DNA of 32,000 nucleotides from Chlamydiales bacterium (GTDB lineage Bacteria; Chlamydiota; Chlamydiia; Chlamydiales; JAAKFR01): NCBI GenBank assembly GCA_041395025.1, contig JAWLBH010000001.1, positions 60,001 to 92,000 of the forward strand, read 5' to 3'. Shown piece by piece: positions 25,381 to 32,000 of this stretch (position 1 is its first letter; each line of letters starts with the position of its first letter). The notes under the pieces were generated by a model. It saw only the letters and a program-made list of their open reading frames with translations, ran no database searches and was not told where the DNA came from. The position numbers and the translations under genes were made by a program.

Positions 25381-26827
25381 AGAAGAAGCTGAAGAACAAC
25401 ATTTCAGTACTGGAAATTTGATGGATTCACGAACAAGTCATTTAGATGATCAGCTTAATGAACGTCTGGAACAAGCTCTTCATAAAACTACTTTTAACAT
25501 TCATTTACAAGAGGTGACAAAAATTGCAAGTGAATATCATCCAATCGATTTAGCTTATGCTGCAACTCGTCTTCCTCACCACGCTCGTTCCATTCTTTAT
25601 GACAACCTTCCTGATCTCCCAGCACAAATCACGTTTCTTATTAACACTGATGGACCAACACGCAAGGCTATTTTTCGTTCACAAAGTGATGAAAAAATTA
25701 GAAAAGTCATTGATAAAATGCCTTCTGATGAGGCTGTATGGGTGTTAGATGATCTTCTTGAAAGAAGACGTGGGCGTATTTTAGAACTTATCGAAACAAA
25801 GAAAGCAATACAAATTCGTGAATTACAAAAGCATAGTCGTAATAGTGCTGGAGGGTTAATGACGAATGAATTTTTTGCTTTTCCTATGGAAACAACTATT
25901 CTGGAAGCTGCGGCTTTTATTCGAGATAATCCTGGTATTGATATGACACGTCGCATCTTTGTGATTGATTATAAAGGGGAGTTGCAAGGGTTTGTGCCTG
26001 CAAGGAATTTGATTGTCAATCCTCCTCATCTACCTCTAAAACAAGTCATGCGGCAGATTGATCATTTTGTTCATGCAGACACTTCACGGGAAGAGGTAGT
26101 GGATTTAGTTGAGCGCTATAAAATTCCTGTACTTCCTGTTTTGAATGAAGAAGATCTTCTTCTTGGAGTGATTACTTATGAAGAGATTGTTGAGCTTATA
26201 GAGGATATTGCTGATGAAACAATAGGTTGGATAGCTGGTACTGCAGAAGATGTGAGTGAATATGACCATGTCTTCAAACGCTTCTTAGCTCGCGCACCTT
26301 GGTTACTTATCACGCTATTCGCAGGGTTGATTAGTGCTTCAATCATGTCTTATTTTCAAGGAATTGCAGCTGATTTATTAGGTTTAATTGTTTTCTTTAT
26401 TCCTTTAATTAACGGCATGTCAGGAAATGTGGGTGTGCAATGTAGTACTGTCCTTGTGAGAAGTATGGCAATTGGAGTGCTTTCTTCAGGAAAAAAAGGA
26501 GAAGCTGTCTTAAAAGAAATATTGATTGGAATGATGACAGGAATTATTTTTGGGTGCTTATGTGGTTTAATGATTTATCTACTAAGCAGTTATCACATTG
26601 GCGAATTCTATGGTAACTCTTTGCAGACTGGAGTGATGGTTGCTGCTGGAATTTTTGGTGCTTCACTTACAGCTACGACTTTAGGTGTGACTTCTCCCTT
26701 CTTTTTTGTCAAAATTGGCGTAGACCCAGCACTTGCTTCAGGACCTATAATTACTGCATTCAATGATATGGTATCAATGGTCATGTTTTTTTTAATCTCT
26801 GGAGTTATTAATTCTTTATTTTTTTAG
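25373..26827 (+). CDS. mgtE: Magnesium transporter MgtE
   Basis: N-domain, CBS pair (MTNEFFAF...; IPVLPVLNEEDLLLGVITYEEIVE) and a TM domain with PLINGMSGNVGVQ and ASGPIITAFNDM. An alternative start Met at 25421 would remove the 8-nt overlap with the upstream ORF. Confidence 0.9.
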   Translation: MVEEEAEEQHFSTGNLMDSRTSHLDDQLNERLEQALHKTTFNIHLQEVTKIASEYHPIDLAYAATRLPHHARSILYDNLPDLPAQITFLINTDGPTRKAIFRSQSDEKIRKVIDKMPSDEAVWVLDDLLERRRGRILELIETKKAIQIRELQKHSRNSAGGLMTNEFFAFPMETTILEAAAFIRDNPGIDMTRRIFVIDYKGELQGFVPARNLIVNPPHLPLKQVMRQIDHFVHADTSREEVVDLVERYKIPVLPVLNEEDLLLGVITYEEIVELIEDIADETIGWIAGTAEDVSEYDHVFKRFLARAPWLLITLFAGLISASIMSYFQGIAADLLGLIVFFIPLINGMSGNVGVQCSTVLVRSMAIGVLSSGKKGEAVLKEILIGMMTGIIFGCLCGLMIYLLSSYHIGEFYGNSLQTGVMVAAGIFGASLTATTLGVTSPFFFVKIGVDPALASGPIITAFNDMVSMVMFFLISGVINSLFF

Positions 26828-26833
26828 AAAAAC

Positions 26834-29800
26834 TTATTCTTCTTCCCAAGGAAATGGATAGCTTGTAGGAGGAGGGGTTCGCCCTTCACCAAGAGTCCAG
26901 ATTATTTGTTCAACAATTGTTCCAATAATTGCTCCAATGTGTCCACCAGCTGTTTTTGCAATCAAAATCCCAATTCTTTTAGCAGCAGAGCTCCAGTCTA
27001 ATTCAAGCTGATCAGTTGACCCTCTTATTTTTACTTGAAACATATCATTTTTAGATAATCCAGATATATTAAACCTTTTTTTCAATGTACTTGGAGCAAT
27101 ACCTAGAGTCATCTTTATTTCCTTATTCATTAAATTAATCGAGCCCCAAAGAGCAATGTGAAATTCATTTGCAAGCAATATATCAAACCGTTGACAAGTC
27201 AAGATACCCTCTTTCAGATGCATAAAAATAGGCGTGAACCAACCGCTCATTTCTTTTTCACTTGTGATATCAGTCACTTTTAAAAAACGCATTAATTGTT
27301 GGATTTTTTCACCATTATTTATCTCTATTTTACCAATATTTATTACCCCTCTTTCAATTTCTATTTTATCGAAAGCATAAGGTCTGATAGGAAAGATAAA
27401 GTTCTTTGCATCAATGAAAATATTAATAGATTGATTAGAAGAAATTCCTGTGATCAATAGGGGATGAATGTCTTTTATGAGCATAGGGCTGAGTTCAGAG
27501 GTAAGAGTAATTTCTGTATTAATAGAATCTCTTAAATAGATAGCATGTGGATCAATAGAAACTAGTAAGTTAGCTTTGAGGTTTGATGAGTCTATTGCAA
27601 TATTAAGAGGACCTGTAAATTTAGAAATAGTACCATAGACACGAATATTGGCTATTTCACCCAATATTGCTTGGATTAATCCCTTAGTTTCCTTATCCAT
27701 AGGATAGATTTCTGTAATTAGCTTGACTGGAATAGATTTTAAGTTTAACTCACCATCTAGCATCAGATTTTGATCATTAACATTGCCATCAAGTATCCAA
27801 TTGACCATTTTCCCATTAAATTCAAAGGTAGATTTTTCATTCAAAGGCACATTTTCAGCGAAAATATCCCCTTGTAAATGGAGGACAATCTCTTTAGAAA
27901 AATGGTCCTCTCGAGCAAAACCAATAGTATTGTTAATAGTTAGATAATTCTCCGTATTTGGATTAGAAAATACTAATGTTCCAAGAGTAAAATCTCCTAA
28001 AAATTTAGTATGTGTAAAAAATTCTCTAAAACTTTTTGGTTTTACAGGAGAGATCAATTCCTTAATGTTGAATCTTAGCCTAGCTGGATTTACTAGGTTG
28101 AGTAGTGGCTTTTCTTCTGGATAGAAATAGTCGATCATCATACTGTATTTTTGGGGAGTTAGATTCCAATCAAGAGATGATCCATTTTGAAAGATGATAC
28201 GATGATCATCTAAGATAATTGATAAATCTGCTTTTAAATCTTCTCCTTCTGTCTGCAAATTAAGACAAAATTGAGAATCGTGATTTGAATTATATTTACC
28301 TTGTAAGCTGGTATCGAATTTACCTTCAATAAGATTTTTAATATGAGTTTTCTGGAAAATTAATTGATTCAATAAACTTATAGAAAACTGATAAAAATTT
28401 GCATCAAAATAGACAGAAGCTTTTTTTAAATTGATGATGTTTTTATCCAAGTAGTTAGTAATTTCAAAATTTGCAAAAAAAGTTGGTGTGTCTATAGTCT
28501 CTTGTTCAAGCAACTCTGTTTCAATCGATAATTCTCCATAAATCTTATTCATTGATCGATCTATTTTAATAAGACAATGCCCTTTTTTTAGATCTATCAA
28601 TTCTTTTCTATCCAAACACTGAATGACTTCACCTATAATTACAAATTCTAAATCATCCGTATTTTCTTTACTAAATTTCTTATTCTCTATTCCTTGGATT
28701 TTAATTTGATAATCAGAATTTGAAATTGTGCCGTTTAACATAGAAATTGTAGTACTCCCATTCACAGTCTCAATAAGACCTGATATCTTAAATTCAATGA
28801 TTTCACCTAAATAAATAGCTAAGTTCTCTTCTGAATGGCTATAACCTGAAATATCAAAATTGAGATGATTTAATTTTCCTTTAAGGATCCCTTTGATCTC
28901 TAAACTAGGAATAGTTACTTTAATAACTGAAGACAATTTTCCCTGTTCATAGGCTCCCTCTATTTCCAAGTCTAAATGATTATCAATCACCATTTGCATA
29001 TTTTTTTCAATTGCATTGGAGAGATCATTTATAAATGCAAATGGAATATTTTGAAAATTTGAGCTAAATCCAATACTCTCTTTCCCTTTGATGACAATAT
29101 TACCGGATAATGATCCCGACTGATTATTTCTTTCAATTTTTCCTTGATAAGATACTTCTGTCTGATTTGAATGAGTAATGAAAATAGATAAGTCTTTAAA
29201 TAAGTAATGCTTAGAATTTTCAATCTTAATCTCAGCTTGATCAATTTTTCCATTCGCTTCTAATATCATGTTAGAATAGATAGATTGTTGAAAACTAAGA
29301 GGGAAAACTCCTTTTTGTATTTCTAATTGAATATTGACATGATGTGCTAGAGAATAGCTCTCTTTCTTATTCTCTGGTAAAATAGAATGAAAAAATTTAG
29401 GAGAAACCATGAGGCTGAATTGAATAGGGGTATCAATAAAGAATTTTTTTTCTTTAATTTCTCCTTTAATCACCCCATTAAGATTTTGAGAATGAATTTC
29501 AGATGCAAAACAAAATTCATTTTTTTTAAATTCTGTACAATTAAAACTAACATCTATTGTTTTCCCGAGGAGTTCAGTATAATCTGTCCAATTGTTAATC
29601 CAATTAATTATTCGTGAAGGAAAATTCTTTAATTGGCCTTCTGCTTGAGTTTTCAGATCATAGGAGATCTGGATTTCAGAAATTCCTTCTACCATTCCTT
29701 GTTTTGTATGAGCTTTAATAGAATATAAGTTTGATTGTCTAAAATACTCACTATGAATTTCCGATATAGTAATCATTTCTTCTTGATTTATTTGAAAATC

Positions 29801-30241
29801 TATTCTTCCATTGAAAATGGAGAAATTTTCATTAATTAAAAATCTATAATCTCTCCATTTCTTTTTTCTGCATCTTTCGTCTTTTTTTAGTGTTTCCTCC
29901 TCTCTTTTAAAAGATAAAATTGGTTCATTAACCGTTGTAAATCCTATTTTTTTCCCGCCAAAAATGAGATAAAAAAGCGGAGTTTTTGTCTCTAATTCTT
30001 TTATTGTAAAAATGAAATCTTTATCCTTGTATGAAAAATTATTGATTTGCTGAGATCCAAACCAGCTTAGATGGATCTTATCAATAGAAAGAGTTCCAGA
30101 ATTATAGGTATTAAACCATTCAAGTCCTTTTTTCATTCCATATGAGCTAGAAATAAATGTAGGTAATAAAAGAATAAAAAAGAGTCCAAGAATCAATAAA
30201 AAAGTAAAGGTCCAGAGAATGTTTTTAAAAAAATAAGACAT
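26834..30241 (-). CDS. Very large N-terminally anchored envelope protein, AsmA/TamB-like (tentative)
   Basis: 1135-aa ORF. Single N-terminal helix ILWTFTFLLILGLFFILLLPTFI followed by GTLSIDKIHLSWFGSQQINNFSY, as in AsmA-like N-termini. Long beta-rich, N/I/K-rich body. C-terminal hydrophobic helix GGHIGAIIGTIVEQIIW and a Pro-rich tail. Confidence 0.45.
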   Translation of the reverse strand: MSYFFKNILWTFTFLLILGLFFILLLPTFISSSYGMKKGLEWFNTYNSGTLSIDKIHLSWFGSQQINNFSYKDKDFIFTIKELETKTPLFYLIFGGKKIGFTTVNEPILSFKREEETLKKDERCRKKKWRDYRFLINENFSIFNGRIDFQINQEEMITISEIHSEYFRQSNLYSIKAHTKQGMVEGISEIQISYDLKTQAEGQLKNFPSRIINWINNWTDYTELLGKTIDVSFNCTEFKKNEFCFASEIHSQNLNGVIKGEIKEKKFFIDTPIQFSLMVSPKFFHSILPENKKESYSLAHHVNIQLEIQKGVFPLSFQQSIYSNMILEANGKIDQAEIKIENSKHYLFKDLSIFITHSNQTEVSYQGKIERNNQSGSLSGNIVIKGKESIGFSSNFQNIPFAFINDLSNAIEKNMQMVIDNHLDLEIEGAYEQGKLSSVIKVTIPSLEIKGILKGKLNHLNFDISGYSHSEENLAIYLGEIIEFKISGLIETVNGSTTISMLNGTISNSDYQIKIQGIENKKFSKENTDDLEFVIIGEVIQCLDRKELIDLKKGHCLIKIDRSMNKIYGELSIETELLEQETIDTPTFFANFEITNYLDKNIINLKKASVYFDANFYQFSISLLNQLIFQKTHIKNLIEGKFDTSLQGKYNSNHDSQFCLNLQTEGEDLKADLSIILDDHRIIFQNGSSLDWNLTPQKYSMMIDYFYPEEKPLLNLVNPARLRFNIKELISPVKPKSFREFFTHTKFLGDFTLGTLVFSNPNTENYLTINNTIGFAREDHFSKEIVLHLQGDIFAENVPLNEKSTFEFNGKMVNWILDGNVNDQNLMLDGELNLKSIPVKLITEIYPMDKETKGLIQAILGEIANIRVYGTISKFTGPLNIAIDSSNLKANLLVSIDPHAIYLRDSINTEITLTSELSPMLIKDIHPLLITGISSNQSINIFIDAKNFIFPIRPYAFDKIEIERGVINIGKIEINNGEKIQQLMRFLKVTDITSEKEMSGWFTPIFMHLKEGILTCQRFDILLANEFHIALWGSINLMNKEIKMTLGIAPSTLKKRFNISGLSKNDMFQVKIRGSTDQLELDWSSAAKRIGILIAKTAGGHIGAIIGTIVEQIIWTLGEGRTPPPTSYPFPWEEE

Positions 30242-30250
30242 AAAAGAGGA

Positions 30251-31567
30251 TTAGTTGATCTTTTTTAAGAGAATGTTCGCATCTGATTCCTCCATAATCC
30301 TGTCAAATTTTTTTAAACTATTTAAGATGGAATTAACCTCTAGAGAAGAGGTTAATTCCATCTGCTCACCTCTTGCATTGACCTTATCAATCACTGATTT
30401 AATTGTTAGTTTATCGATATTATCAGCTGGTTGAAAACCAATTGTACTATATTTATTTCCAATCACTTTAGAAAGAATTTTTGCTTCGATTAATTGATTA
30501 AGCAGACTTTTTGTTAACGATAGGGGAATGGTAAGTTTATTAGTTATTTGAGTAATAGGTATAGGAGATTTTTTTTCTAAAAAAAATTTAACTGATAAGT
30601 GGGTGATCCTAATCAAAAGAACCATGCGAAAATGATAACTAAGATCACTTTCTTTTATGAAAAACATTGACGAATTTACATGTTGAATAGCAAATGATAA
30701 TTTGGCACCTAAGAGGATAATAATCCAGCTAATATGGATCCAGATAAGGAATAAAGGAAACGCTGCAAATGTTCCATAAATCGCATTGTAATTAGTGACA
30801 CCGATCTGAAAATGAAAATAGATCCATTGGATCAGTTGATATATACCACTAACAATGATCCCTGCTATAAGAGCAGGAATCAGCGCCACGCGTGTATTAG
30901 GAATAAAAATATAGATAAAAGTAAATATAAAGGAATTAAGGAAAAAAGGGGTGAAATTTAAAAAAGGAAGAAAATAAACTGTCAAATTTTTAAAAAAATG
31001 TTCTTGGATAAAAATTTCAAATGCAGTAGATAAGTGTAAAGTTATCCCACTAGATATCAATACAGTTATAGGGCAAAGAAAAATCATAAAAAAGTAATCT
31101 GTGATTCTTCTTATCAAGAGTTTTTTTTCTTTTGCTTCCCAGATAGTATTCAAGCTTGTTTCAAGATAAAGAAAAATTTTAAATCCTGTCCAAAGCAAAA
31201 TTAAGATACCAATTCCAGTAATTAATCCTCGATGAGTCTTTTCTAAAGAGGTATTTGCAAATTGAAAAATCTTTTCAATCACAATTTTTTGTTCAATGAA
31301 TCGATTAAATAACCAGCTTTTAAAAGCTGATTCAAATTTTAATCCACGTGCTATTTCTATAAGGACAGCAAAAATTGGAACAATCCCAAGACAAGAATAA
31401 TATGTAAGAGCAGAAGCACCTTGTTGAATCTGTTTTTTTGTAAATCCTTCAATACTTAGTAATAGAATACGCACAAAACGCATCCAATGAGCCTGTATTT
31501 TTGAAAGAGATTTTAGATCGGTAGACCATATCTTTTTTGTCAGTGTTCGAATCGACCATATATCCAT
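30251..31567 (-). CDS. YihY/BrkB-family polytopic membrane protein with C-terminal Rrf2-like winged-helix extension
   Basis: 438-aa ORF. GASALTYYSCLGIVPIFAVL is typical of the YihY N-terminal region, followed by about 6 helices. The C-terminal ~130 aa (…SPIPITQITNKLTIPLSLTKSLLNQLIEAKILSKV…LTIKSVIDKV) are soluble. Confidence 0.75.
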   Translation of the reverse strand: MDIWSIRTLTKKIWSTDLKSLSKIQAHWMRFVRILLLSIEGFTKKQIQQGASALTYYSCLGIVPIFAVLIEIARGLKFESAFKSWLFNRFIEQKIVIEKIFQFANTSLEKTHRGLITGIGILILLWTGFKIFLYLETSLNTIWEAKEKKLLIRRITDYFFMIFLCPITVLISSGITLHLSTAFEIFIQEHFFKNLTVYFLPFLNFTPFFLNSFIFTFIYIFIPNTRVALIPALIAGIIVSGIYQLIQWIYFHFQIGVTNYNAIYGTFAAFPLFLIWIHISWIIILLGAKLSFAIQHVNSSMFFIKESDLSYHFRMVLLIRITHLSVKFFLEKKSPIPITQITNKLTIPLSLTKSLLNQLIEAKILSKVIGNKYSTIGFQPADNIDKLTIKSVIDKVNARGEQMELTSSLEVNSILNSLKKFDRIMEESDANILLKKIN

Positions 31568-31604
31568 ATGTGATTTTTTGTTGATCTTAAAACTAGTTTA
31601 TTTC

Positions 31605-31646
31605 ATTGGTAATCAATATCATTAATTAATGATATTGATTACCAAT
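31605..31646. repeat. 42-bp perfect palindrome (ATTGGTAATCAATATCATTAA | TTAATGATATTGATTACCAAT)
   Basis: Verified base by base. Its left edge is 38 nt upstream of the yihY-like ATG (31567). Confidence 0.9.
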
Positions 31647-31648
31647 AG

Positions 31649-31674
31649 ATATTATATATTTAAATATATAATAT
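31649..31674. repeat. 26-bp perfect AT-only palindrome (ATATTATATATTT | AAATATATAATAT)
   Basis: Read directly. Lies 2 nt from the 42-bp palindrome. Confidence 0.85.
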
Positions 31675-31741
31675 TTTGAATTTATAATCATCTTAAAAAA
31701 TCAGAAATAGAAAGACATCGCATTACTATGACTATATCTTT

Positions 31742-32000
31742 CTAAATTTTTTGTTGAATACGGTGGTATTTTTTAAAGTCTTTAGATAATTTAGACATCT
31801 TTTCCACGAGCTTGTTAAACCTTCCATTATCTTCTTTAAAATCAGAAAATTCTTCTGTTATAGAACGCAACTGAATCGATATTTGATTTTTAATCTCCTC
31901 GAGGCCTTTGACCTCATCAGTAATTTTTTTTAATGTTTCTTTTTGAAGGGTCATGTTCTCATCGTTAATTTTCAACTGTCCTTCTAACTTGGCAACTTCT
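31742..32000 (-). CDS. Partial coiled-coil protein (C-terminal end; ORF runs off the window)
   Basis: The frame stays open from 31975 to the window edge (…EVAKLEGQLKINDENMTLQKE…). K/E/L/I heptad-like composition. Confidence 0.55.
   Translation of the reverse strand, partial: EVAKLEGQLKINDENMTLQKETLKKITDEVKGLEEIKNQISIQLRSITEEFSDFKEDNGRFNKLVEKMSKLSKDFKKYHRIQQKI

Noticed and set aside
25557-25956. 119-aa antisense ORF and 63-aa sense-shifted ORF inside mgtE
   Set aside because: They are embedded in the well-supported MgtE N/CBS region. They have no start context or recognisable domain. The R/S-rich composition is typical of antisense reading of a coding region.
1-32000. CRISPR arrays, IS elements, toxin-antitoxin pairs or known defence-system gene sets
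   Set aside because: There are no regularly spaced direct repeats, no transposase, integrase or recombinase-like ORFs, and no small paired ORFs with toxin or antitoxin motifs. The only repeats seen are the palindromes, the 21-bp tandem duplication and homopolymers reported above.

Overview
Visibly AT-rich, very gene-dense bacterial chromosomal window. I see no rRNA, CRISPR array, transposase, integrase or prophage signal. Most of it is conserved housekeeping: rpsA, tRNA-Ala/tRNA-Ile, dnaN-recF, smpB, apbE, folD, a small phosphoglycosyl transferase, and a tight minus-strand run rpmG-lolC/E-lolD-kbl-tdh-ispA, then mgtE. The S1, DnaN/RecF and SmpB sequences, the gene packing and several proteins with bilobed hydrophobic hairpins suggest a member of the Chlamydiae, probably an environmental Chlamydia-like lineage. 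This taxonomic call is inference from memory, not a search. The lineage-specific content is: (i) three ORFs with Inc-like transmembrane hairpins (3731-4312, 6404-7792, 19888-23262), the largest a 1124-aa coiled-coil protein with an internally duplicated hairpin module; (ii) an exported two-gene operon, a membrane-anchored protein with kinase-like motifs plus a DUF4019-like secreted protein; (iii) a YihY/BrkB-family membrane protein with an Rrf2-like winged-helix tail, sitting behind a 42-bp perfect palindrome and directly upstream of a 1135-aa AsmA/TamB-like anchored protein; (iv) a LolC/E permease with a periplasmic domain about 2.5x the usual size; (v) a 40-bp perfect palindrome in an AT-rich divergent promoter region. 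No canonical defence or mobile system is recognisable. All functional ideas for the lineage-specific genes are hypotheses that need homology or structure searches I cannot run here.
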